From NCBI GenBank assembly GCA_000388065.2, contig KB932201.1: DNA of 31,095 bases, one strand, 5' to 3'. This document shows positions 10,701 to 21,301 of this stretch, piece by piece. Each line of letters opens with the position of its first letter. Position 1 is the stretch's first letter. The notes beneath the pieces are model-generated. The model was given only the letters and a program-made list of their open reading frames with translations, searched no databases and had not been told where the DNA came from. The DNA comes from Fonticula alba ATCC 38817 (taxonomy: Eukaryota; Protista; Nucleariida). Both the position numbers and the translations under genes were made by a program.

Positions 10701-13200
10701 AATGTCGGGGGCCGTTTCACCGGTCAACTCCACGGTCTTCATGCCGAGGGCCGCGTGCAGACGCTCCGACCAGTCGTCCATCCGCTCGCGGACAAGGGCC
10801 TTGAGCGGGGCAATGTACACGACCTTGGATTCGGGGAACCGGCGGAATGCCTGCCACATGGCCAGCTCCGCGGCGATGGTCTTACCGGAACCGGTCGGCG
10901 CACCGAGCAGGACATTCATCGTCCCATGGAAGAGGGCGTGGAAGATCTGGGTTTGGATGGTGTTGAAGAAGCGAATCCCCTTGTCCAGGTACAGACCCAT
11001 CAGCCGATCATTGCCGAGGGCCGTCACCGGGAGCGGGTCCAAGCTCAGAAGCTCGGTATGCGGCGGCCGATGGTCCGGCAGGATCAGATGCTTGAAGCTG
11101 ATGGGCAGGGTTTGCACCACATTCAACCACCGGCTGGACACGATGATGAGCGAATATTGCGAGGGGACCGGCTCGCGGATGGGCACCAGGAAGACCACCG
11201 TGTGTGTGTTGTTCCGGGCCTTGTAGTTGAGGATCCACCGCTCGGAATGGTGCATCTCCATGGAGTCCGAGTCCTGAATGAAGAAGAAGAAGGGCTCCAC
11301 CTCGGTGTGGTACCGGCGGTCCCACTCGAAGTCGGCCTGGATCTCACACTCGATGCGAAGGATATTGCGCGACAGCGGCTGCGAGTGCACCACCACATCC
11401 AGGAAGGGGATCTTTCGAAGGGCGGCCTTGACCATGCTGCCGCAGCTCTGGCGCCGGACCAATTCGCCAATCTCCGCATCGGTCATGGCGAACAGGTCGT
11501 CATCCGACACGCCGGACTCCTCCAAGCGCGTGAGGATGTCCACCGGGATGACGTGGGAGAACTGCCGGATCGGGTGGGCGTCCATCCTGGGATCCGGGGG
11601 AAAAGAGGAAGTCAGAATGGACGGTGGCGGATAGGGGGGACAGTCGAGAGGAGGGGGGGGGGGGGGGAAGAAAGTCCAAAGAGGAAATCGCAGGTCACGT
11701 ACCCGATGCGGCGCTCGATCGAGAGGGAAATTTGCAGAAGGTGGAAGGCCACATTGAGCCAGCCCTTGTGGATGGCAATCTCCAACAGGGAGCCGAAAAT
11801 GCGCGCAGCATTCTGTGCCACATATAGCTGGTCCGAGGAGAGCGACGAGGAAGCTGGCATGTACCGGCGAATGTACGCCTGAATAAGGATGTTGACCTTG
11901 GCTTCGGGGGAAGTGCGGTCGTTCTATGGGAGTGGAGGGGAACGAGAAGCATCAGGGTTAGTGAAGGGGGAGAGAGAGAGAGAGGGAGGGAGAAAGAGAA
12001 AGGGGGTATGGATAAAGAAAATACCAAGGCAAAGCCGTACCTTGACCTCCATAAAGCAGAACATATCGTAGATCTTGCTGAGCTCCTCCTGTTCCTCCTC
12101 GCGGAGCTGGATGCTCTTGAAGTCGGTGGATTTGCACACCAGTGCCAGGAGCTCTGGCTCCTTGAGATTGGCCTTGAACTCGTCGTTGATGATCTCCACC
12201 GTCTGGTAGGGGATGTAGAAATGCGAGGCAGTCCGGCCGAGAGCGGTAGCGCTCAACTGCCCAGTCGGCCGGTCATAGCGAATCATGCGACTCTTGTCAA
12301 GCTGCTCGGCCGCATCATGGAGGCGCTTCTGGCTGTGCGTATGGGATCATGTGTGTGTGTGTGAGCATGTTTTTGTGCACGCGCGTGTTAGCAGAGGCGG
12401 AGTGACGGGCGGCAGTCAACAGGAGAGATGTATGATGAGCGAGCTGAGGCGAGTCCTGAAGACTCAGGCACGGGGAGAAAGAGAGCGAGAGAGAGAGAGA
12501 GAGAGAGGCAGAAACGGACCTCCAGTTGTACAGATGCGGGTCGCGTGTGAACTCGTCATACGAGATGCCATAGGCCATGGGGTTGCGGCAGGCACGCTCA
12601 TACAGATACGTGTACCGCAACCAGGTGATGGCCTCCGGGATGTTCGTCACAGTGCCAAGGACGATCTCGGCATTCAGATTATCCGGCAGCTGGTCACCAA
12701 GACGCGACTCGATCGGCGTGTCGGTCAACATGCGAGACACATAGTGGTCCACCTTGTCGGCCGAGGTCAGGATGATGCCTTCGCCGGAGTCCTTGTACTG
12801 GGGTCGGCCAGCACGACCGAAAATCTGCTGCACATCCAGGATGCTCAGGTCCACATGGCCGCCCTGATCCGCGTCGTACAGCTGCGTGCCGAAGATAATG
12901 ACACAAGAGGCTGGAAGGTTCACACCCCAGGCCAGAGTGGCGGTACAGACCAACATCCGCAGGGCACTCTTGGCGAAGAGCGACTCCACCAGGTTCCGAT
13001 CCGGGCGGGCCATGCCGGCATTGTGGAACCCAATCCCGAAGGGGGCCAGATTCTGCAGGTCGGCATTGGAGGACCGAGCGAGGGACGACTTGGCCTTGTC
13101 GAGGTCGGGATTGTTTTCAGGCTGCACAAGAGATCTATCCGTGTGGGAAGTGGGCGGGAAATCGGTGTCAGAAGGAGGCGGACAAAAGATGCCCTTCGAG

Positions 13201-13236
<36 letters not shown>

Positions 13237-16170
13237 TGTGTCGACGTACAGCTCATTCGCCTCGCGCAGACGCTTCAGCATGTTTTGAGCCACGATTACC
13301 GTCTGCTTACGGGAGTGCACGAAAATCATGACCTGCTTGCCGGCCTTCAGACGCTCGTGTAACAGACTGTAGCACACGTCCTCCATGCGCCCAGCCACCT
13401 GGTGCTGGTTGGAGCCCTTGATACCAATGAACTTCTGGTACAGAGGAACCGGCCGGAAGGAGCTGTCGAAGAAGAAGAGGCCGGTCTGAGGACCGCGTGT
13501 GTGTGTGTGTGTGTGTGTTTGAGTGTGTGTGGCGAGGAAGAGAGGGAGAGAAGCAGGGGGGAGGAGGCAGAGTTAGGACCGTGGAAGAAATCGAGGCGAG
13601 CGAAGTGGTGAGACTCCGGGGAAGCCGGACCTTGAGATCGGCACGCAGGAAGCGCGCGACATCCACAAAGTTCGGCAGGGTGGCCGACAGACCGATAATG
13701 CGAATCATCGTCTGAGAGGACTCCACCTGGCGCAGGGTTCGGGCGACGAGAGTCTCAATGACCGAGCCTCGGGGGTCATTCAGCAGATGGATCTCATCAA
13801 TGATCAGCAGCTTCACCAGAGACGTGAGGCTGGTATCTCCGCCACTCTTACGGGTGATAATGTCCCACTTCTCCGGCGTGGTGACAATCATCTGGGTGCT
13901 CTCAATTTCGGACTGTTCGACGCACGGAGGTGAGTAAAGATCTGGAGCCGAGGGGGCATGGATGCGAGACAACAGAAACAAGCGAGTGAAGGAGAAAAGG
14001 GGGGGGGGGCTGTGCGCGTGCGCGTGTGCGACTGTGTATGGGGGAGGGGGGGGGGGGGGGGAAAAAACCGCCACGAACCTTCGTCAGATGCATATCTCCA
14101 GACAATTCTCGCACGGTGAAGTTCAAATAGCCCAGACGCTGGGAGAACTTCTGCACAATTTCCGAAGCCAAGGCCTTCATCGGGGTGACATAGACAATCT
14201 TGAAGTTGCGGTTCTGGATGACATTCATGTGGACATGCTACACATCGAGTGGATGAGGAGAGGAGGGGGGCAATCGGGGCGGGGGGGGGGGGGGGGACGG
14301 ATAACGAGGGGTCAGATACTGGGTTCCGGAGGGGGAACAAACCACCAAGCGGAGCGGAAACCAAGACAGCCGGGCAAATATCCAACCATGGACGTACCTC
14401 CTTCAGTTCGCGCAGGACCGTCATCATGGCCACATCCGTTTTACCGGCACCGGTGGGGGCCGACACAAGCATATTTTCGTTGGAGTGATACGCCACAGGG
14501 AAGACAAAGGACTGCAAGCGGTTGAGGCTCTCATAGCCGGGGAAGGCCCGGCGGGCAAACGGATCAAACTGGTCGATGTCCACCAGGTCGGTTTCCTGGT
14601 CCAGACGCTCGGCGGTGGCCGGAGGCGGGATGGAAATCTCATGCGTGGTCGAGGTATGGGTGACCACCGACCCGGCCGGGAGAACAAAGGACCGGCCAAA
14701 AAGATCCACCGGCTGCGAGGAGGCCGACCGGAAGACATTCGGATATTCAGCCTTATCCTCAAGCTGACTGGGAGTCAGGAAGGTGGCGGCCTGCTGTCGG
14801 CGCAGGCGCTCAGCTGCCGCCTCCGAGTATGGATCGATCGGCTCATACCCCAGGGCCCGGACATAGCAGTTGTGGAGGCTTTCCTCCGGAAGCGAGCCCC
14901 CCCGGCGGGAAGCCGCTCGACGATTTCGCCGGGCGGCACTCTTCTGCGCCCGCGATTGCTTGATGTCCTCGGTCGTGCGAATGGTCACCTGGGACAGGGT
15001 AATGGCACTGCTCTTCGGCGCGGAGGCATTCTGCGCGGCCTCCTGCTTGCGAAGGTACTCTTCCTCAACTTCAATGGCCCGTTCGAGGAAGGGCTCGATG
15101 GCGGCCAGAAAGCCTCGCTGGTTTTCCAGCAAGCTGGCCACGGCCTCAAGGCGCGAGTAGCCGAGAATGGCAACCAGCTCGCTCTCCAGCATCAGAGCCG
15201 GGGAGTCCGATTGGAGGAGCTTCATCAGGGACAGCGCGATGTCACTCTGCTCGTCGGTTGGCAAATTCCCGAAGATCGATGCCACGAAGCGCATGAGCCA
15301 TGTCCGGTCGACATAACGCAAGCTCACTGTCAGGGGAGGGAGGCGGAGGAAACGGAAACAGCAACAGGCAAAGAAAGGGGGTGAGTTAGAATGCACAGCG
15401 AAAACGAAGGGAAAGAGGGGACCAATGTGCTGGGCGATACGAACTGGGATTGAGGCTCGAGGTATCCGTGATAATCTGGCGGTCGCGGTTGACCCGGCCA
15501 ACACCCTCGATCAACCGACGGCCGGCCTGGCGGATGTCGGCCACCTGCTTAAAGGGAATGGACATGATGTCAAAGTTCCGTCGGCTCTGCTGCACCATGC
15601 CCGAAAGCTCCACCGACTGGTGATTCCGCAGCAGGGACATCACCATGCGAATGTTATGCTCAATCCGCGGATGCGCTTGCAGGTCGGACTTGGACAGACA
15701 GGCTGTATCGGGAGGGGGGGGGGGGGAGCATTGGAAGGGAGGATTAGTTTGTTTGCTGCCTTGAGGGCGGGGAGGGAGGGAGATACACAAGAGAGTGCAA
15801 GTGCATCCATGGGTGTCGGAGACCATGGGAACGGACCCGAGAGCGGCTCGCCGCGGTGCTGAGACCGGATAAGTCGGTCAACCAGAGCATCAGCGGTCAT
15901 GTGAAGGGAAGCCGCCACCTCCTTCAGTCCGCTGGCCAGCTCGCGGAAGGCCTTGGCGAATTCTGCGGACCGAATGAACTCCGCGGTGATGGGCTCCATC
16001 GGAAGGGGCAGGGATAGGCGCGTGCCTGGACGATTCTGCCCACACGCCTCGGTGGCCAGCTCGACATTCAGGTTCATCGAGTCGTCAGGCAAGGCGCGCA
16101 GGCTGTCGAGGATCTGCGACACGCAAGCCGAAAGAGGCTGCATGGCGCCCCCGAAGTGCATAGTTGACAT
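7701..16170 (-). CDS. ASCC3: Activating signal cointegrator 1 complex subunit 3 / Slh1-like tandem Ski2-like helicase (2x DExH-helicase-Sec63 cassettes), ~2242 aa, 11 exons
   Basis: Exons (minus): 16170-15837, 15702-15445, 15326-14398, 14237-14079, 13912-13631, 13485-13250, 13134-12520, 12332-12041, 11923-11703, 11586-9536, 9052-7701. All junctions are GT-AG and phase-consistent; total 6729 nt. Cassette 1: [56 protein letters not shown]. Cassette 2: [43 protein letters not shown], followed by a Sec63 domain. Intact motifs in the second cassette favour ASCC3/Slh1 over Brr2. The 5' end (first ATG) is the least certain part. Confidence 0.93.
9097..9139 (+). repeat. 18-bp purine-rich tandem repeat (GAGAATGGGAGAAGGGGG), about 2.3 visible copies, truncated by gap
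   Basis: gagaatgggagaa recurs at 9101 and 9119. Confidence 0.85.
9140..9356. other. Assembly gap (217 N) inside ASCC3 intron 10
   Basis: N run flanked by purine-rich tandem repeats. The flanking exons join in frame (YCI-T-VESREG). Confidence 0.99.
9357..9440 (+). repeat. 16-bp all-purine tandem repeat (AAGGAAGAGAGGGAGA), about 5.25 copies
   Basis: Units start at 9357, 9373 and 9389 (identical) and at 9405 and 9421 (variant). Confidence 0.9.
13201..13236 (+). repeat. (TGCG)9 microsatellite in ASCC3 intron 6
   Basis: Direct reading. Confidence 0.95.
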
Positions 16171-16413
16171 GCGGGGGAAAGGAGAGAGGGGAGATGGAAA
16201 GGACCCAGGCAAAGGCGAAAGTAGGTGGTAAAAGATCGGAGAAAGGGGAGAAGGGGGGGGGGGACTTGATCGAGTGACGAGTGAGGTGTGTGGAGGAGGG
16301 GACATAACTAAGTCCACTCGGCGGGCTCTGTTCCAGGCCCGGGCTTCTTCTAACTGTGTCAGTCGACCTTCCGAACTCACAAGGCAAGCCATCACTCGGA
16401 TGCTGCCCCCCGC

Positions 16414-16415
<2 letters not shown>

Positions 16416-16461
<46 letters not shown>
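16416..16461 (+). repeat. (CA)23 microsatellite upstream of ASCC3
   Basis: Direct reading. Confidence 0.95.
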
Positions 16462-16464
<3 letters not shown>

Positions 16465-17306
16465 CCATGGGCATGGGCATTCACACACGGACATTCACAC
16501 ACGCGCACCACTCCACACTTACCGCCCCTGCCCGGCGAAGGGTCCTTACCCGAGCTTGCGCTGTCGTCCTTGCTGGGGGGGACTCCAGCCCCATATGCCT
16601 CCCCTCTGGGCGTGCGCCTGCCGACCCCATCCAAGGGGTGTTTTCGGCGCGTAAGATTGCATCACCCGCAGGTCACGCATGTGCGTGGGAATTTCGCGGG
16701 CTTTCGGCGGCACCTGGGCCCGGCCACGGAAAAGAATCATCCAAAGTAGTATATGGCAGCCCGCGGCTTATCTTCGCGGCCGGATGCGATGCGCAATCGG
16801 CGCCCCTGCCCCCGAGTTGGCCGATCACGCCTGGGCGCTGCTCCCCCGCGCCCTGCCCCAGCCTCACCTCGGTCCCTTCACCCGCCGGTGGGGGGTCACT
16901 TGGCGAGGGCGATGTTGTGCGCGGGAGTGTGCATGTGTGCGTGCCTTTGAGAGTGAGAGAGGTTTTTTTTTGTCGGCGGGCTTCCGCATGCATGCATTCA
17001 GGAGCAACAGCTTGGTCTTGGTGAGGAGCAAAATGGTGTATTGTGTTCAAACAAATGCCCGAACCGGTTGCGAAAAGGGAGCAGGATAGGAGGGAGGGGA
17101 AGAAGGAAGAGTGATATGAGATGCTCCGCGATCCATCTCCCCGACAAAGGGCGGAGAGCGCAGCCCCCTGCACGGGCATTTTTCTCGCCCTAGAGGGAGA
17201 TCTGATGTGGCTTGCACCAGGGCAACCCAAGAACAAGGGACTACTCTCGTGGGAGGAGTGGCACAGGGAGGGGGGGGGGGAGGCGGGCAAGGGAAGGCAC
17301 CGGCGT

Positions 17307-18651
17307 TCAAAGAACACCCAGATCGAAGATCGATCCCAGCAGGGCCAGGGTCGAGGCAGCACCAATTGCCAGGGAGGGAATCGCGGCAGAAGCCGCATAA
17401 CGACTGGCCGCGTCACTGCTGGATGAGGAGGCAGCTGACGACCCGGGCGGCTCGGGGCAATCGCCAACCGGCTTCATAGGGGCCGGATTGTCGGCAACCG
17501 GGGGCGGAAGGAAAAATGGCTCATTCGAGGGACACCTCACGACCATGGCAGAGGCCGACGAATCGTCCGACACAGGGGCCCCGGACTCACTGGGGGCCGA
17601 GCCAGAAGAGGCACTTGATGAGGTAGCCGCCGAGGAGGAGGAGGAGGAGGAGGAGGAGGAGGGGGAGGACCCACCACTGTCGGACGGCTGTCCGGGAAGG
17701 GGCTCCGGCGGGTTACAGTGCCTATCGAGGATGTCCATCTGGTCGAGGAAGTCCGCCAGAGTCAAGCGGCCGAGGCTACGCTCACAGCGACGAGCCATCT
17801 CATATTGATCCGGACAGGTTCCCATGCAAACTGGCTTCTCGATGCTGGTGTCCATGCTGCTGGTGTCCATGGTGGCCAGACTCGAGCCAGAGGTCGGGCC
17901 TGATGCCGAAAGGGATGACGGGTCGCCGCCACTGGCCGACGCGTCTCGGCGGATCTCCCACTGACAGTCGACGGAAACGCGCTCCAGGAAGACACTGCTG
18001 CATGTGGCCCCGGGGGAACCGAAGGGCTGTTCATCAGGCATGTCCGCATGGCCATTCGGACAGAGCCAGCACATGGTGTCGGTCACTGCGCCGAAGGAAT
18101 CCGGATACCGGAGCTGACAGATGGCCTGCAGATCGGCCAGCAAACCGACACAGCTGTTGTGCATCATGCGCCCTAGCCCACCATCAGGCGAGCTGCCAGG
18201 GCCAAAGTCCAAGCGGAACTGTCCGAAGTCGTAGGCTGCAAGCCGGCATGCTTCACGTTGGAAGTAGAGCTGGAAACACTCGGGATGGTTGCAGAGGGTC
18301 TTGCTGTCATCATCGCGCTCACAATCCAAGCGCGCAAGCTCCCCTTGGAGCCAGGCGTAACGCGTGGCATGGCAGTCATTACCCGTGTTCAAGGTGAGTG
18401 GGGTGATAGAGGAGGACTCAGAGCCGGAGGAGGAGCTGGCCTTGCTCGAGCTGGCGCCCAAGGGAAGGGCGCTCACAAGGAGTCCCGGCAACAGGGCTGC
18501 CACTGATGATAGGCAAGGACCGGATGGGAGAGGGGAGGGGGAGAGAGAGGAGGGGGAAGAGTGAGAACGGGAGGGGGAACGAGGCAGACAGAAGCAAGGT
18601 GGAAGACATACCAAGGGTGGCAGCTGCGATGACGTTCAGCGATCCCCTCAT
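17307..18651 (-). CDS. Hypothetical secreted cysteine-rich protein with Ser-rich stalk and predicted GPI-anchor signal, 411 aa, 2 exons
   Basis: Exon 18651-18612 (MRGSLNVIAAATL) joins via a gtatgt...catcag intron (18611-18503) to exon 18502-17307, giving a signal-peptide-like MRGSLNVIAAATLVAALLPGLLVSA. It has 17 Cys, Ser-rich linkers including a (TCC)n-encoded poly-Ser, and a hydrophobic C-terminus (AAIPSLAIGAASTLALLGSIFDLGVL*). No family recognised. Confidence 0.8.
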
Positions 18652-19132
18652 GCTAGCCAGGGGGACTGGGGGGTATTCCCGGGAGATTAAGCTCAGCTCC
18701 AATCGGCGGGGGAAAAGATTGAGAAATGAACGGGGGCGAATAAAACGGGGGTAGTTTGTAGAATGCCCGGGAGAGATAGGGAGAGGGGGGAGGGAGGAGA
18801 GGGAGAGGGAGGGAGATTCCCTGTGTGCTCCAGTAGGTGGGGGGGAGAAGGACAGAGGGGAAAGAAGAGAGGCGGTAGATGGCGAGTGGAAGAGCATGGC
18901 TTCCGACTCCTGGCCGATCTTGACAAGCCTGCCTGCCGAAGAAGTTTGCGGCCCGGGGAAAGAACCACACTTAATCGCGGACCATCCATCGGTCCGCCTT
19001 TCGAGACGAGCAGCAGGCCAGGAAGGAGGTGCGCAGGGAGGCACCGCGAGTGGGGCCACCTTGAGATGGAACATTGGACGGGACACCTGTGACAGAGGGG
19101 ACGGCACGCCCCACCCGGAGATCGCCCAGCCC

Positions 19133-19134
<2 letters not shown>

Positions 19135-19182
<48 letters not shown>
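19135..19182 (+). repeat. (TG)24 microsatellite between the histone-fold and surface-protein genes
   Basis: Direct reading. Confidence 0.95.
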
Positions 19183-19190
<8 letters not shown>

Positions 19191-19418
19191 GGTGTGTGGC
19201 TCTCTCGCCGGGTAATCTGCCGGGAAAGGGAGCTTCGGTTCGTTTGACCGACAGCGACCGTGTTTCGGTTTCTAGAAACGGCACCAACTGGGAGCGGCAA
19301 TGCTACCCTCTTCCTTCTCAAGGGGGCAGGCGTCGCACCCCCGAAGGGCACATGGCGGTACAAAGATCGGAGAGGCGGAATTGCACAGAGCAGTGTATTC
19401 TTGATGGCATGCGACAGC

Positions 19419-20653
19419 TCATTCTTTGAATGCAAAGCGTGAAAAGAGATCCGCCGAGGAGTGGGGAGCGGTCGCAGTCGGGGGGATCTCCGAAGGCTGG
19501 GAGAGCTCCTGCGTGGCATCGACCTGCGGCCCACCTTCCGCTGTGGCAGCTCGCGGCGGAGACGCCAGGGAGACCTCCTCCAGGGGCGGCTCATCGGTGC
19601 CTGGACCCTGTCCAGCAGGGTCGAGCTGCATGCTTGCCTCCGAGGAGGACTTGCCAAGACCTCCCCCGGCCTCGGGGGTCCGAGTAAACCGTAGGGTCTG
19701 TTGAACGGGCCCAGCTGGTGGAGCGGCACCGGGATCTCGGTCCATGGAGCCGGAATTGGTGCCGACATTGCGGCGCTTGGCCTGGGGCGGGACGAGGCCG
19801 CTCCCGGAGGGCATCTGGCTGGGCTTGGGGAAAACATCTGGGTGGTGGCGGTGAGCATATTAGCATCTAGAAGGGGGTGCTATGGTGGAAAGCGAGATGG
19901 CAGGGGAGGGGACTGGCGCCGGGGCGCTCTGGGTGGGGAGAACCTCGCATGAAATGATACCGCACGTCGCGGTGAATGACCGCCGCTGGGAGGGGGGGGG
20001 GGGGACAAGCCAGGAGGCTAAAACAGGGCAAAGGGGGGGCGGGCAGGGGCGGGGGGGGGGGGGGGGGGGGCAGCTGTGGATGTACCAATATCGGTGTCAC
20101 GGATGGTCTTTCGACTCCCCAACAGGGAGAAGGCTTGCTCACCAAGAAGGGCAATGAAGTTCTCCTGAGAGGATGGGCCGGGAGGTCAGAAAACCAACAG
20201 GAAACCGAGATCCATGGCGGAAGGCGGCAGAGAGTGAGAACAAACCGTGGCACAGGCAACCGCTCGCACGGAGGCCTGTGGGATCATGCGCATGGCTGGG
20301 TCGAGCATAATTGTTCGCCGGACACGGGATGTCGGCAGGGAGGGAGCAATGATGCTGCCACGCAGCTCCTCCGGCAAAGGCACCACAGCACCGGCCAATT
20401 CAGTGGCGGTGTGCTCCTCACGGCCGGGCGCCCCCTGTCCGTGTACATCTTCGGTATCCGACGGCGGCGGGGAGGCCGAGGGAGCACGCTCGGCTTCCGA
20501 TAGCCCAACCACCTGCACCATCGGCAGGCTGCTGAACAGCAGATCCTCGGTATCGGCACCACCGGCAGCCCCTGGGATCTGGGACGGACTCAGATCCGAG
20601 AGGTTCGCGGCGTCGAGAGACGAGATCTCGGCGTCGGCTTGAGACGACCCCAT
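19419..20653 (-). CDS. H2A-like histone-fold protein (POLE4/Dpb3, CHRAC1 or NF-YC type), ~315 aa, 4 exons
   Basis: Exons 20653-20246, 20164-20086, 19985-19944, 19837-19419. Splicing gives LPTSRVRRTIMLDPAMRMIPQASVRAVACAT-ENFIALLGEQAFSLLGSRKTIRDTDI-AAVIHRDVRYHFMR-DVFP, matching the CBFD_NFYB_HMF pattern LPxxRIxxIMxxD...ATELFI...RKTLxxxDL...FxFLxDIxP. A branch-like gctaat lies upstream of the last acceptor. The exact paralog and start codon are uncertain; an in-frame ATG exists at 20830. Confidence 0.8.
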
Positions 20654-21301
20654 GTCAAGAAACAAGTCTGGCGGGCAAGAGTGGAGGAGAGGGCGAGGGG
20701 GGGGTGAACGGGGGGGGGGGGGGCGAGGGGGGTGAGGGACGGGTGTGGCGAGGGATGTCAGACTATGCCAGGCCAGAGGCACCCGGCGGCCGGATTTAAA
20801 AGGGGAAGACCGTTGAATGTCTTTGATCATATGACCTGGGTCATTTTTACCAATGGCCGGAGATTTTCGCTCACACCTTGAGACCGGCTTTAGTCTTGGA
20901 CCTGTGCGGGTCGCCACGGGGGCCCGGGGGCGAGGAGACCAAAGGTGGGCACTTCCCCCTGACGAAGCTGCCTGCTCCGGGAGGAAACAACAAGTCTCAG
21001 GGGGGGGGGGGGGGGGGGGGGAACGAAGGTTGGTGTGAAAATAGGGGACGAAGAAAGCCGGCCGGGGGGTATGATCCCGACTGAAGACCCTCTCGAGAAG
21101 GATGGCGAATTCAGGTGTGTATGTATTTTGGCTTTGGACACCCTCCTCCGGATCAGAGGGCACTTGGAATCAGACCAGAGGACGGGGGCACCAGGAAAGG
21201 GAAACTTGCACAAGAGGGAGTGATGAGGGGAGAAGGAGGGGATGGGCGGCGAGGGAAGGGGAGGGGAGCAGCGGGGAGAGGGAGATGTCTGTGCGGCGCG
21301 T

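Noticed and set aside
9105-11882. 925-aa plus-strand ORF
   Set aside because: Antisense shadow of ASCC3 exons 9-10. High GC3 suppresses stops on the opposite strand, the ORF starts in repeat/N sequence, and it has no recognisable motifs.
13005-13030. FHNAGM instead of the usual HHAGM in ASCC3 cassette 1
   Set aside because: A single conservative change in a motif that varies among Ski2-like helicases; too weak alone.
7701-16170. Calling the helicase Brr2/SNRNP200
   Set aside because: The second cassette has intact Walker A (GSGKT), DEVH and GRAGR motifs, typical of ASCC3/Slh1; Brr2's second cassette is degenerate.
18971-19858. 295-aa minus-strand ORF MLTATTQ...
   Set aside because: Wrong frame. 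The frame DVFPKPSQMPSG...AFKE* completes the histone-fold motif and uses an acceptor with a branch-like gctaat.
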